Positions 1-15,700 of a DNA stretch of 64,000 nucleotides are shown here, in pieces; within the stretch, counting starts at the first letter, position 1; each line of letters begins with the position of its first letter. The stretch is taken from positions 11,718,001-11,782,000 of the forward strand of contig OZ024742.1 in NCBI GenBank assembly GCA_964016885.1, given 5' to 3'. Under the pieces are notes generated by a model. The model was not told the origin of the DNA. It saw only the letters and a list, made by a program, of their open reading frames with translations, and searched no databases. The stretch comes from Eledone cirrhosa (taxonomy: Eukaryota). A program made the translations under genes and the position numbers.

Positions 1-3000
1 CGTTAATTCCAGAACATTAATTCCAGTACGTTAATTCCAGAACGTTAATTCCAGAACGTTAATTCCGGAAAGTTATTTCCAGATCATTAATTTCAGAACG
101 TTAATTCCAGAACGTTTATTCCAGAACGTTAATTCCATAACGTTAATTCTAGAACATTAATTCCAGAACGTTAATTCCAGAACGTTAATTCCAGAACGTC
201 AATACCAGAACGTTAATTACAGAACGTTAATACCAGAACGTTAATTCCAGAACGTTAATTCCAGAATGTTTATGCCAGAACGTTAATTCCAAAACGTTAA
301 TTCCAAAACTTTAATTCCATAAAGATATTTTCAGATCATTAAATTCAGAATGTTAATTCCAGAACGTTAATTCCAGAACGTTAATTCCAGAGCGTTAATT
401 CCAGAACGTTTTTGCCAGAACGTTAATTCCAGAACGTTAATTCCAGAAAGTTAATTCCAGAACGTTTATTTCAGAACGTTAATTCCAGAACGTTAATTCC
501 AGAACATTAATTCCAGAACGTTAATTCCAGAACGTTAATTCAAGAACGTTAATTCCAGAACGTTGATTCCAAAACGTTAATTCCAGAAAGTTAATTTTAG
601 AACGTTAATTCCAGAACGTTTATTCCAGAACGTTAATTGCAGAACGTTAATTCCAGAACGTTAATTCCAGAAAGTTAATTCCAGAACTTTAATTCCAGAA
701 CATTTATTCCAGAACGTTAATTCCAGATCGTCAATTCCAGAACGTTAATACCAGAACGTTAATTCCAGATCGTTAATCCCAGTACGTTAATTCCAGAACA
801 TTAATTCCAGAACGTTAATTCCAGAGCGTTAATTCCAGAGCGTTAATTCCAGAACATTTATGTCAAAACGTTAATTCCAGAACGTTAATTCCAGAACGTT
901 TATGCCTAGATCGTAAATTGCAGAAGGTTAATTACAGCACGTTAAATCCAGAACGTTAATTCCAGAACGCTAATTCCAGAAAATTAATTCCAGAACGGTA
1001 ATTCCAGAACGTCAATTCCAAAATTTATTCCCAGAATGTTAATTCCAGAAAGTTAATTCCAGAACGTTAATTCCAGAAAATTAATTCTAGAACGTTAATT
1101 CCAGAACGTTAATACCAGAAAGTTAATTCCAGAGAGTTAATTCTAGAACGTTAAGTCCAGAACGTTAATTCCAGAACGTTATTTCCAGAACGTTAATTCC
1201 AGAACATTAATTCCAGAACATTAATTCCAGAACGTTAATTCCAGAACGTTAATTCCAGAACGGTAATTGCTGAACGTTAATTCCAGAACGTTAATTCCAG
1301 AAAGTTAATTCTAGAACGTTAAGTCCAGAACGTTAATTCCAGAACGTTTACTCGAGAACGTTAATTCCAGAACGTTAATTCCGGAACGTTAATTCCAGAA
1401 CGTTAATTCTAGAACGTTAATTCCAGAACCTAAATTCCAGAAAGGTAATTCCAGAACGTTAATTCCAGAACGTTAATTCCAGAAGATTCATTCAAAAACG
1501 TTAATTCCAGAACGTTAATTCCAGAAAGTTAATTCCAGAATGTTAATTCCAGAAGGTTAATTCCAGAAGGTTAATTCCAGAAAGTTAATTCAGAACGTTA
1601 ATTCCAGAAAGTTAATTCCAGAACGTTAATTCGAGAACGTTAATTCCAGAACGTTAATTACAGAAACTTAATTCCAGAACGTTAATTCCATAACGTTAAT
1701 TCCAAAAAGTTATTTCCAGAACGTTAATTCCAGAACGTTAATTCCATAAATTAATTCCAGAAAGTTAATTCCAGAACGTTAATTACAGAACGGTAATTTC
1801 AGAACGTTAATTCCAGAACGTTACTTCAAGAATATTAATTCCAGAAAGTTAATTAAGAACGTTATTTCCAGAACATTAATTCCAGAAGGTTAATTCCAGA
1901 ACGTTAATTCCAGAAAGTTATTTCCAGAACGTTAATTACAGAACGGTAATTTCAGAACGTTAATTCCAGAACGTTAATTCAAGAATATTAATTCCAGAAA
2001 GTTAATTCAGAATGTTATTTCCAGAAAGTTAATTCCAGAACGTTAATTCCAGAACGTTATTTCCAGAAAGTTAATTCCAGAACGTTAATTACAGACCGTT
2101 AATTCCAGAACCTTAATTACAGAACCTTAATTCCAGAACGTTAATTCCAGTACGTTAATTCCATAACCTTATTTCCAGAACACTAATTCCAGAACGTTAA
2201 TTCCAGAACGTTTATTCCGGAACGTTAATTCCAGAACGTTCATTCCAGAACGTTAATTCCAGAACGTTAATTCCAGAACGGTAATTCCAGGACGGTAAGT
2301 CCAGAACGGTAATTCCAGAACCTTAATTGCAGAACGTTAACTCCAATACGTTAATTCCAGAAAGTTAATTTTCCAGAACGTTAATTCCAGAACGATAATT
2401 TCAAAACGTTAATTCCAGAACGTTAATTCCAGAAAGTTAAGTCCAGAAAGTTATTTCCAGAAGATTAATTTCAGAACGTTAATTCCAGAAAGTTAATTCC
2501 AGAACGTTAATTCCACAACGTTAATGCCAAAACGTTAATTCCAGAAAGTTATTTTCAGATCATTAATTTCATAACGTTAATTCCAGAACATTTATTCCAG
2601 AACGTTAATTCCAGAATGTTTATTCTAGAACGTTAATACCAGAAAGCTAATTCCAGAACGTTAATTCCAGAACGTTAATTCCAGAACGTTAATTCCAGAA
2701 GGTTAATTGCAGAACATTAATTCCATCCCGTTAATTCCTGAACGTTAATTCCAGAACGTTAATTCCAGAACATTAATTTCAGAACGTTAATTCCAGAACG
2801 ATAATTTCAGAAACGTTAATTCCAGAAAGTTAATTCCTGAATGTTAATTCCAGAACCTAAATTCCAGAACGTTAATTCCAGAACGTTAATACCATAACGA
2901 TAATTCCAGAACATTAATTCCAGAACGTTAATTCCAGAAAGTTAAATCCGGAACGTTAATTCCAGAACGTTTATTCCAGAGCGTTAATTCCAGAACTTTT

Positions 3001-6000
3001 TTGCCAGAACGTTAATTACAGAGCGTTAATTTCAGAACGTTAATTTCAGAACGTTAATTCCAGAACGTTAATTCCAGAACGTTAATTACGGAGCGTTAAT
3101 TCCAGAAAGATAATTCCAGAACGTTAATTCCACAACGTTAATTCGAGAAAGTTAATTCCAGAACGTTAATTCCGGTAAGTTAATTGCAGAAAGTTGATTC
3201 TAGAAGGTTAATTCCAGAACGTTAATTCCAGAACGTTAATTCCAGAGAGTTAATTCTAGAACGTTAATTCCAGAAAGTTAATTCCAGAAACTTAATTCCA
3301 GAACGTTAATTCCAGAACGTTAATTCCAGAACGTTAATTCCAGAACGTTTATTCCAGAACGTTAATTCCTGAACGTTAATTCCAGAACGGTAATTCCAGA
3401 ACGTTAATTCCATAACGTTAATTCCAGAACGTTAATTCCAGAACGTTAATTCCAGAACGTTAATTCCAGTACGTTAATTCCAGAACGTTAATTCCAGAAA
3501 GTTAATTCCAGAACGTTAATTACAGAACGTTAATTCCAGAAAGTTATTTCGAGAACATTAATTTCAGAACGTTAATTCCAGAACGTTAATTACAGAACGT
3601 TAATTCCGGAGCGTTAATTCCAGAACGTTATTACCACAACGTTAATTCAAGAACGTTTATGCCAGAACGTTAATTCCAGAAAGTTATTTCCAGAACATTA
3701 ATTCCAGTACGTTAATTCCAGAACGTTTATTCCAGAAAGTTAATTCCAGAACATTAATTCCAGAACGTTAATGCCAAAACATTTATTCAAGAACGTTAAT
3801 TCCAGAACGTTAATTCTGAAACGTTAATACCAGAAACTTAATTCCAGAACGTTAATTCCAGAAATTTAATTCCAGAAACTTAATTCCAGAAAGTTAATTC
3901 CATAACGTTAATTCCAGAAAGTTAATTCCAGAACGTTAATTCCAGAACGTTAATTCCAGAACGTTAATTCCAGAAAGTTAATTCCAGAACGGTTATGCCA
4001 AAACGTTAATTCCAGAACGGAAATTCTAGAACATTAATTCCAGAACGTTAATTCCAGAACGTTAATACCAGAACGTTAATTCCAAAACGTTATTTCCAGA
4101 AAGTTAATTCCAGAACGTTAATTCCAGAAGGTTAATTCCAGAACGTTAATTCCAGAAAGTTATTTTCAAATCATTAATTTCAGAACGTTAATTCCAGAAC
4201 GTTAATTCTAGAATGTTAATTCCAGATCATTAATTCCAGAACGTTAATTCCTAAACGTTAATTCCTGAACGTTTATGCCAGAACCTTAATTCCAGAAAGT
4301 TATTTCCAGATCATTAATTTCAGAACGTTAATTCCAGAAAGTTAATTCCAGAACGTTAATTCCAGAAGATTTATTCCAGAACGTTAATTCCAGAACGTTA
4401 ATTCCAGAGCGTTTATGCCAGAACGTTAATTCCAAAACGTTAATTCCATAAAGATATGTTCAGATCATTAATTTCAGAACGTTAATTCCAGAACTTTTTT
4501 TGCAGAAAGTTAATTCCAGAAAGTTTATTCCAGAACGTTAATTCCAGAACGTTAATTACAGAAAGTTAGTTCCAGAACGTTGATTCCAGAACATTTATTC
4601 CAGAACGTAAATTCCAGAACGGTAATTCCAGAACGTTTATGCTAGAACGTTAATTCCAGAACGTCAATTCCAGAACGTTAATACCAGAACGTTAATTCCA
4701 GAACGTTAATCCCAGTACTTTAATTCCAGAACGTTAATTCCAGAACGTTAGTTCCAGAGCGTTAATTCCAGAACGTTTATGTCAGAACGTTAATTCCAGA
4801 ACGTTAATTCCAGAACGTTAGTTCCAGAACGTTTATGCCAGAACGTTAATTCCAGTACGGTAATTCCAGAACGTTAATTCCAGAACGTTAATTCCAGAGC
4901 GTTAATTCCAGAACGTTTATGTCAGAACGTTAATTCCAGAACGTTAATTCCAGAATGTTAATTTCAGAACGTTAATTCCAGAACGTTAATTCCAGTACGG
5001 TAATTCCAGAACGTTAATTCCAAAATTTATTACCAGAATGTTAATTCCAGAAAGTTAATTCCAGAACGTTAATTCCAGAACGTTAATACCAAAAAGTCAA
5101 TTCCAGAACGTTAATTCCAGAAAATTGATTCCAGAACGTTAATTCCAGTACGTTAATTCCAGAACGTTTATTCCAGAACGTTAATTCCAGAACGTTAATT
5201 CCAGAACATTTATTCCAGAACGTTAATTCCGGAATGTTTATGCCAGACCATTAATTCCAGAAGGTCAATTCCAGAACGTTAATACCAGAACGTTAATTCC
5301 AGAACGTTAATCCCAGTACGTTAGTTCCAGAAAGTTAATTCCAGAACCTTAATTCCAGAACGTTCATGTCAGAATGTTAGTTCCAGAATGTTAATTCCAG
5401 AAGGTTTATGCCAGAACGTTAATTCCAGAACGTTAATTCCAGAACGTTAATTCCAGAACGTTAATTCCAGAAAGATAATTCCAGAACGTTAATTCCAGAA
5501 AGTCAATTCCAGAATGTTAATTCCAGAACGTTAATTCCATAAAGTTAATTCCAGAACGTTAATTACAGAACGTTAATTTCAGAACGTAAATTCAAGAATG
5601 TTAATTACAGAAATTTAATTCCCGAACATTAATTCCAGAACGTTAATTCCAGAACGTTTATTCCAGAATGTTAATTCCAGAACGTTAATTTCAGAGCGTT
5701 AGTTCCAGAACGATAATTCCAGAACATTAATTCCATCCCGTTAATTCCAGAACGTTAATTCCAGAACGTTAATTCTAGAACATTAATTCCAGAACGTTAA
5801 TTCCAGAACGTTAATTTCAGAAACGTTAATTCCAGAAAGTTAATTCCAGAACGTTATTTCCAGAACCTTAATTCCAGAACGGTAATTGCAGAACGTTAAT
5901 TCCATAACGTTAATTCCAGAACATAAATTCCAGAACGTTAATTCCAGAACGTTAAATCCGGAACGTTAATTCCAGAACGTTAATTCCAGAACGTTTATTC

Positions 6001-9000
6001 CAGAGCGTTAATTCCAGAACTTTTTTGCCAGAACGTTAATTACAGAACGTTAATTCCAAAACGTTAATTTCAGAACGTTAATTCCAGAACTTTAATTCCA
6101 GAGCGTTAATTACGGAGCGTTAATTCCAGAAAGTTAATTCCAGAACGTTAATTCCACCACGTTAATTCCAGAAAGTTAATTCCAGAACGTTAATTCCAGA
6201 AAGTTAATTCCAGAAAATTAATTCCAGAACGTTAATTCCAGAAAGTTAATTCCAGAACGTTAATTCCAGAACATTAATTCCAGAACGTTAATTCCAGAAA
6301 GTAAATTCCAGAATGTTAATTCCATAACGTTAATTCCGTAAAGTTAATTCCAGAACGTTAATTACAGAACGTTAATTTCAGAACGTTAATTCAAGAATGT
6401 TAATTACAGAAATTTAATTCCAGAACATTAATTCCAGAACGTTAATTACAGAACGTTAATTCCAGAACGTTAATTCGAGAAAGATAATTCTACAACGTTA
6501 ATTCCAGAACGTTAATTCAAGAAAGATACTTCTAGAACGTTAAATCCAGAACGTTAATTCCAGAACCTTTATTCCAGAACGTTAATTCCTGAACATTAAT
6601 TCCAGAACGGTAATTCCAGAACGTTAATTCCATAACGTTAATTCCAGAGCGTTAATTCCAGAACGTTTATGCCAGAACGTTAATTCCAGAACGTTAATTC
6701 CGGAACGTTAATTCAGGAACGTTAATTCGAGAACGTTAATTCCAGAACGTTAATTCCAGTACGTTAATTCCAGAACGTTAATTCCAGAAAGTTAATTCCA
6801 GAACGGTAATTACAGAACGTTAATTCCAGAAAGTTATTTCGAGAAAATTAATTTCAGAACGTTAATTCCAGAACGTTAATTCCAGAACTTTAATTCCATA
6901 ACCTTAATTGCAGAACATTAATTCCGGAGCGTTAATTCCAGAACGTTAATTCCACAACGTTAATTCAAGAACGTTTATGTCAGAACGTTAATTCCAGAAA
7001 GTTATTTCCAGAACATTAATTCCAGTACGTTAATTGCAGAACGTTTATTCCAGAACGTTAATACCAGAACGTTAATTCCAGAACGTTAATTCCAGAAAGT
7101 TAATTCCAGAACATTAATTCCAGAACGTTAATGCCAAAACGTTTATTCCAGAAAGTTATTTTCAGATCATTAATTTCAGAGTTATTTCCAGAACATTAAT
7201 TCCAGTACGTTAATTCCAGAATGTTTATTCCAGAACGTTAATTCCAGAACGTTAATTCCAGAAAGTTATTTGCAGATCATTAATTTCAGAAAGTTATTTC
7301 CAGAACATTAATTCCAGTACGTTAATTCCAGAATGTTAATTCCAGAACGTTAATTCAGGAAAGTTATTTCCAGAACATTAATTTCAGAACATTAATTCCA
7401 GAACGTTAATTCCAGAACATTAATTCCAGAACGTTAATTCCAGAATGTTAATTACAGAAATTTAATTCCAGAACATTAATTCCAGAACGTTAATTCCAGA
7501 ACGTTTATTCCAGAATGTTAATTCCAGAACGTTAATTTCAGAGCGTTAATTCCAGAACGTTAATTCCAGAACATTAATTCCATCCCGTTAATTACAGAAC
7601 GTTAATTCCAGAACGTTAATTCTAGAACATTAATTCCAGAACGTTAATTCCAGAACGTTAATTTCAGAAACGTTAATTCCAGAAAGTTAATTCCAGAACG
7701 TTATTTCCAGAACCTTAATTCCAGAACGGTAATTGCAGAACGTTAATTCCATAACGTTAATTCCAGAACATAAATTCCAGAACGTTAATTCCAGAACGTT
7801 AAATCCGGAACGTTAATTCCAGAACGTTAATTCCAGAACGTTTATTCCAGAGCATTAATTCCAGAACTTTCTTGCCAGAACGTTAATTACAGAACGTTAA
7901 TTCCAAAACGTTAATTTCAGAACGTTAATTCCAGAACGTTAATTCCACCACGTTAATTCCAGAAAGTTAATTCGAGAACGTTAATTCCAGAAAGTTGATT
8001 CCAGAAAATTAATTCCAGAACGTTAATTCCAGAAAGTTAATTCCAGAACTTTAATTCCAGAGCGTTAATTACGGAGCTTTAATTCCAGAAAGTTAATTCC
8101 AGAACGTTAATTCCACCACGTTAATTCCAGAAAGTTAATTCCAGAACGTTAATTCCAGAAAGTTAATTCCAGAAAATTAATTCCAGAACGTTAATTCCAG
8201 AAAGTCAATTCCAGAATGTTAATTCCAGAACGTTAATTCCATAAAGTTAATTCCAGAACGTTAATTACAGAACGTTAATTTCAGAACGTTAATTCAAGAA
8301 TGTTAATTAAAGAAATTTAATTCCAGAACATTAATTCCAGAACGTTAATTCCAGAACGTTAATTACAGAACGTTAATTCCAGAACGTTAATTCGAGAAAG
8401 ATAATTCTACAACGTTAATTCCAGAACGTTAATTCAAGAAAGATAATTCTAGAACGTTAAATCCAGAACGTTAATTCCAGAACGTTTATTCCAGAACGTT
8501 AATTCCTGAACATTAATTCCAGAACGGTAATTCCAGAACGTTAATTCCATAATGTTAATTCCAGAGCGTTAATTCCAGAACGTTTATGCCAGAACGTTAA
8601 TTCCAGAACGTTAATTCCGGAACGTTAATTCAGGAACGTTAATTCGAGAACGTTAATTCCAAAACGTTAATTCCAGTACGTTAATTCCAGAACGTTAATT
8701 CCAGAAAGTTAATTCCAGAACGGTAATTACAGAACGTTAATTCCAGAAAGTTATTTCGAGAAAATTAATTTCAGAACGTTAATTCCAGAACGTTAATTCC
8801 AGAACATTAATTGCAGAACATTAATTCCGGAGCGTTAATTCCAGAACGTTAATTCCACAACGTTAATTCAAGAACGTTTATGTCAGAACGTTAATTCCAG
8901 AAAGTTATTTCCAGAACATTAATTCCAGTACGTTAATTGCAGAACGTTTATTCCAGAACGTTAATACCAGAACGTTAATTCCAGAACGTTAATTCCAGAA

Positions 9001-9449
9001 AGTTAATTCCAGAACATTAATTCCAGAACGTTAATGCCAAAACGTTTATTCCAGAAAGTTATTTTCAGATCATTAATTTCAGAAAGTTATTTCCAGAACA
9101 TTAATTCCAGTACGTTAATTCCAGAACGTTAATTCCAGAACGTTAATTCCGGAAAGTTATTTCCAGATCATTAATTTCAGAACGTTAATTCCAGAATGTT
9201 TATTCCAGAACGTTAATTCCAGAACGTTAATTCCAGAAAGTTATTTCCAGAACCTTAATTGCAGAACATTAATTCCAGAACGTTAATTCCAGAACATTAA
9301 TTCCAGAACGTTAATTCCAGAACGTTAAATTCCATAACGTTAATTCTAGAACATTAATTCCAGAACGTTAATTCCAGAACGTTAATTCCAGAACGTTAAT
9401 TCCAGAACGTTAATTCCAGAACGTTAATTCCAGAACGTTAATTCCAGAT

Positions 9450-12400
9450 AGTTATTTCCAGAACATTAATTCCAGTACGTTAATTCCAGAACGTTAATTC
9501 CAGAACGTTAATTCCGGAAAGTTATTTCCAGATCATTAATTTCAGAACGTTAATTCCAGAACGTTTATTCCAGAACGTTAATTCCATAACGTTAATTCTA
9601 GAACATTAATTCCAGAACGTTAATTCCAGAACGTTAATTCCAGAACGTCAATACCAGAACGTTAATTACAGAACGTTAATACCAGAACGTTAATTCCAGA
9701 ACGTTAATTCCAGAATGTTTATGCCAGAACGTTAATTCCAAAACGTTAATTCCAAAACTTTAATTCCATAAAGATATTTTCAGATCATTAAATTCAGAAT
9801 GTTAATTCCAGAACGTTAATTCCAGAACGTTAATTCCAGAGCGTTAATTCCAGAACGTTTTTGCCAGAACGTTAATTCCAGAACGTTAATTCCAGAAAGT
9901 TAATTCCAGAACGTTTATTTCAGAACGTTAATTCCAGAACGTTAATTCCAGAACATTAATTCCAGAACGTTAATTCCAGAACGTTAATTCAAGAACGTTA
10001 ATTCCAGAACGTTGATTCCAAAACGTTAATTCCAGAAAGTTAATTTTAGAACGTTAATTCCAGAACGTTTATTCCAGAACGTTAATTGCAGAACGTTAAT
10101 TCCAGAACGTTAATTCCAGAAAGTTAATTCCAGAACTTTAATTCCAGAACATTTATTCCAGAACGTTAATTCCAGATCGTCAATTCCAGAACGTTAATAC
10201 CAGAACGTTAATTCCAGATCGTTAATCCCAGTACGTTAATTCCAGAACATTAATTCCAGAACGTTAATTCCAGAGCGTTAATTCCAGAGCGTTAATTCCA
10301 GAACATTTATGTCAAAACGTTAATTCCAGAACGTTAATTCCAGAACGTTTATGCCTAGATCGTAAATTGCAGAAGGTTAATTACAGCACGTTAAATCCAG
10401 AACGTTAATTCCAGAACGCTAATTCCAGAAAATTAATTCCAGAACGGTAATTCCAGAACGTCAATTCCAAAATTTATTCCCAGAATGTTAATTCCAGAAA
10501 GTTAATTCCAGAACGTTAATTCCAGAAAATTAATTCTAGAACGTTAATTCCAGAACGTTAATACCAGAAAGTTAATTCCAGAGAGTTAATTCTAGAACGT
10601 TAAGTCCAGAACGTTAATTCCAGAACGTTATTTCCAGAACGTTAATTCCAGAACATTAATTCCAGAACATTAATTCCAGAACGTTAATTCCAGAACGTTA
10701 ATTCCAGAACGGTAATTGCTGAACGTTAATTCCAGAACGTTAATTCCAGAAAGTTAATTCTAGAACGTTAAGTCCAGAACGTTAATTCCAGAACGTTTAC
10801 TCGAGAACGTTAATTCCAGAACGTTAATTCCGGAACGTTAATTCCAGAACGTTAATTCTAGAACGTTAATTCCAGAACCTAAATTCCAGAAAGGTAATTC
10901 CAGAACGTTAATTCCAGAACGTTAATTCCAGAAGATTCATTCAAAAACGTTAATTCCAGAACGTTAATTCCAGAAAGTTAATTCCAGAATGTTAATTCCA
11001 GAAGGTTAATTCCAGAAGGTTAATTCCAGAAAGTTAATTCAGAACGTTAATTCCAGAAAGTTAATTCCAGAACGTTAATTCGAGAACGTTAATTCCAGAA
11101 CGTTAATTACAGAAACTTAATTCCAGAACGTTAATTCCATAACGTTAATTCCAGAAAGTTATTTCCAGAACGTTAATTCCAGAACGTTAATTCCATAAAT
11201 TAATTCCAGAAAGTTAATTCCCGAACGTTAATTACAGAACGGTAATTTCAGAACGTTAATTCCAGAACGTTACTTCAAGAATATTAATTCCAGAAAGTTA
11301 ATTAAGAACGTTATTTCCAGAACATTAATTCCAGAAGGTTAATTCCAGAACGTTAATTCCAGAAAGTTATTTCCAGAACGTTAATTACAGAACGGTAATT
11401 TCAGAACGTTAATTCCAGAACGTTAATTCAAGAATATTAATTCCAGAAAGTTAATTCAGAATGTTATTTCTAGAAAGTTAATTCCAGAACGTTAATTCCA
11501 GAACGTTATTTCCAGAAAGTTAATTCCAGAACGTTAATTACAGACCGTTAATTCCAGAACCTTAATTACAGAACCTTAATTCCAGAACGTTAATTCCAGT
11601 ACGTTAATTCCATAACCTTATTTCCAGAACACTAATTCCAGAACGTTAATTCCAGAACGTTTATTCCGGAACGTTAATTCCAGAACGTTCATTCCAGAAC
11701 GTTAATTCCAGAACGTTAATTCCAGAACGGTAATTCCAGGACGGTAAGTCCAGAACGGTAATTCCAGAACCTTAATTGCAGAACGTTAACTCCAATACGT
11801 TAATTCCAGAAAGTTAATTTTCCAGAACGTTAATTCCAGAACGATAATTTCAAAACGTTAATTCCAGAACGTTAATTCCAGAAAGTTAAGTCCAGAAAGT
11901 TATTTCCAGAAGATTAATTTCAGAACGTTAATTCCAGAAAGTTAATTCCAGAACGTTAATTCCACAACGTTAATGCCAAAACGTTAATTCCAGAAAGTTA
12001 TTTTCAGATCATTAATTTCATAACGTTAATTCCAGAACATTTATTCCAGAACGTTAATTCCAGAATGTTTATTCTAGAACGTTAATACCAGAAAGCTAAT
12101 TCCAGAACGTTAATTCCAGAACGTTAATTCCAGAACGTTAATTCCAGAAGGTTAATTGCAGAACATTAATTCCATCCCGTTAATTCCTGAACGTTAATTC
12201 CAGAACGTTAATTCCAGAACATTAATTTCAGAACGTTAATTCCAGAACGATAATTTCAGAAACGTTAATTCCAGAAAGTTAATTCCTGAATGTTAATTCC
12301 AGAACCTAAATTCCAGAACGTTAATTCCAGAACGTTAATACCATAACGATAATTCCAGAACATTAATTCCAGAACGTTAATTCCAGAAAGTTAAATCCGG

Positions 12401-12791
12401 AACGTTAATTCCAGAACGTTTATTCCAGAGCGTTAATTCCAGAACTTTTTTGCCAGAACGTTAATTACAGAGCGTTAATTTCAGAACGTTAATTTCAGAA
12501 CGTTAATTCCAGAACGTTAATTCCAGAACGTTAATTACGGAGCGTTAATTCCAGAAAGATAATTCCAGAACGTTAATTCCACAACGTTAATTCGAGAAAG
12601 TTAATTCCAGAACGTTAATTCCGGTAAGTTAATTGCAGAAAGTTGATTCTAGAAGGTTAATTCCAGAACGTTAATTCCAGAACGTTAATTCCAGAGAGTT
12701 AATTCTAGAACGTTAATTCCAGAAAGTTAATTCCAGAAACTTAATTCCAGAACGTTAATTCCAGAACGTTAATTCCAGAACGTTAATTCCA
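9450..12791. repeat. 3.3-kb direct duplication of satellite block ~1-3341 (offset 9449)
   Basis: Rare variants recur at constant offset: tatgcctagatcgtaaattgc 901/10350, ctccaatacg 2341/11790, tccagagagtt 3241/12690. Only about three differences noticed by eye. Confidence 0.92.
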
Positions 12792-15700
12792 TAACGTTAA
12801 TTCCAAAACCTTAATTCCAGAATGTCAATTCCAGAATGTTAATTCCAGAATGTTAATTCCAGAAGGTTAATTCCAGAAAGTTAATTCCTGAGCGTTAATT
12901 CCAAAACTTTCATTCCAAAAAGTTAATTACAGAACGTTAATTCCAGAACATTAATTCCAGAACTTTAATTCCAGAACGTTAATTCCATGACGTTAATTCC
13001 GAAACATTAATTCCAGAACGTTTATTCCAGAACGTTAATTCCGGAACGTTAATTCAAGAACGTTAATTAAAGAACGTTAATTCCAGAATGTTAATTCCAG
13101 AATATTAATTCCAGAACGTTAATTCTAGAACGTTAATTCCAGAGAGTTAATTCCAGAAGGTTAATTCAAGAACGTTAATTCCAGAAAGTTAATTCCAGAA
13201 CGTTAATTCCACAACGTTAATGCCAAAACGTTAATTCCAGAAAGTTATTTTCAGATCATTAATTTCATAACGTTAATTCCAGAACATTTATTCCAGAACG
13301 TTAATTCCAGAATGTTTATTCTAGAACGTTAATACCAGAAAGCTAATTCCAGAACGTTAATTCCAGAACGTTAATTCCAGAACGTTACTTCCAGAAGGTT
13401 AATTGCAGAACATTAATTCCATCCCGTTAATTCCTGAACGTTAATTCCAGAACGTTTATTCCAGAACATTAATTTCAGAACGTTAATTCCAGAACGATAA
13501 TTTCAGAAACGTTAATTCCAGAAAGTTAATTCCTGAACGTTAATTCCAGAACCTAAATTCCAGAACGTTAATTCCAGAACGTTAATTCCATAACGTTAAT
13601 TCCAGAACATTAATTCCAGAACGTTAATTCCAGAACGTTAAATCCGGAAAGTTAATTCCAGAACGTTTATTCCAGAGCGTTAATTCCAGAACTTTTTTGC
13701 CAGAACGTTAATTACAGAGCGTTAATTTCAGAACGTTAATTTCAGAACGTTAATTCCAGAATGTTAATTCCAGAACGTTATTTACGGAGCGTTAATTCCA
13801 GAAAGATAATTCCAGAACGTTAATTCCACAACGTTAATTCGAGAAAGTTAATTCCAGAACGTTAATTCCGGTAAGTTAATTGCAGAAAGTTGATTCTAGA
13901 AGGTTAATTCCAGAACCTTAATTCCAGAACGTTAATTCCAGAGAGTTAATTCTAGAACGTTAATTCCAGAAAGTTAATTCCAGAAACTTAATTCCAGAAC
14001 GTTAATTCCAGAACGTTAATTCCAGAACGTTAATTCCAGAACGTTAATTCCAGAACGTTAATTCCAGAAAGTTAATTTTAGAACGTTAATTCCAGAACGT
14101 TTATTCCAGAACGTTAATTGCAGAACGTTAATTCCAGAATGTCAATTCCAGAATGTTAATTCCAGAATGTTAATTCCAGAAGGTTAATTCGAGAAAGATA
14201 ATTCTACAACGTTAATTCCAGAACGTTAATTCAAGAAAGATAATTCTAGAACGTTAAATCCAGAACGTTAATTCCAGAACGTTTATTCCAGAACGTTAAT
14301 TCCTGAACATTAATTCCAGAACGGTAATTCCAGTACGTTAATTCCAGAACGTTAATTCCGGAACGTTAATTCCAGAACATTAATTCCGGAACGTTAATTC
14401 AGGAACGTTAATTCGAGAACGTTAATTCCAGAACGTTAATTCCAGTACGTTAATTCCAGAACGTTAATTCCAGAAAGTTAATTCCAGAACGGTAATTACA
14501 GAACGTTAATTCCAGAAAGTTATTTCGAGAAAATTAATTTCAGAACGTTAATTCCAGAACGTTAATTCCAGAACATTAATTCCAGAACGTTAATTCCAGA
14601 ACGTTAATTCCATAACCTTAATAGCAGAACATTAATTCCGGACCGTTAATTCCAGAACGTTAATTCCACAACGTTAATTCAAGAACGTTTATGTCAGAAC
14701 GTTATTTCCAGAAAGTTATTTCCAGAACATTTATTCCAGTACGTTAATTGCAGAACGTTTATTCCAGAACGTTAATACCAGAACGTTAATTCCAGAACGT
14801 TAATTCCGGAAAGTTATTTTCAGATCATTAATTTCAGAAAGTTATTTCCAGAATGTTTATTCCAGAACGTTAATTCCAGAACGTTAATTCCAGAAAGTTA
14901 TTTCCAGAACATTAATTTCAGAACATTAATTCCAGAACGTTAATTCCAGAACATTAATTCCAGAACGTTAATTACAGAACGTTAATTTCCATAACGTTAA
15001 TTCTAGAACATTAATTCCAGAACGTTAATTCCAGAACGTTAATTCCAGAACGTTAATTCCAGAACGTTAATTCCAGAACGTTAATTCCAGAAAGTTATTT
15101 CCAGAACATTAATTCCAGTACGTTAATTCCAGAACGTTAATTCCAGAACGTTAATTCCGGAAAGTTATTTCCAGATCATTAATTTCAGAACGTTAATTCC
15201 AGAATGTTTATTCCAGAACGTTAATTCCAGAACGTTAATTCCAGAAAGTTATTTCCAGAACATTAATTTCAGAACATTAATTCCAGAACGTTAATTCCAG
15301 AACATTAATTCCAGAACGTTAATTCCAGAACGTTAATTTCCATAACGTTAATTCTAGAACATTAATTCCAGAACGTTAATTCCAGAACGTTAATTCCAGA
15401 ACGTTAATTCCAGAACGTTAATTCCAGAACGTTAATTCCAGAAAGTTATTTCCAGAACATTAATTCCAGTACGTTAATTCCAGAACGTTAATTCCAGAAG
15501 GTTAATTCCGGAAAGTTATTTCCAGATCATTAATTTCAGAACGTTAATTCCAGAACGTTTATTCCAGAACGTTAATTCCATAACGTTAATTCTAGAACAT
15601 TAATTCCAGAACGTTAATTCCAGAACGTTAATTCCAGAACGTTAATTACAGAACGTCAATACCAGAACGTTAATTACAGAAGGTTAATTCCAGAAAGTTA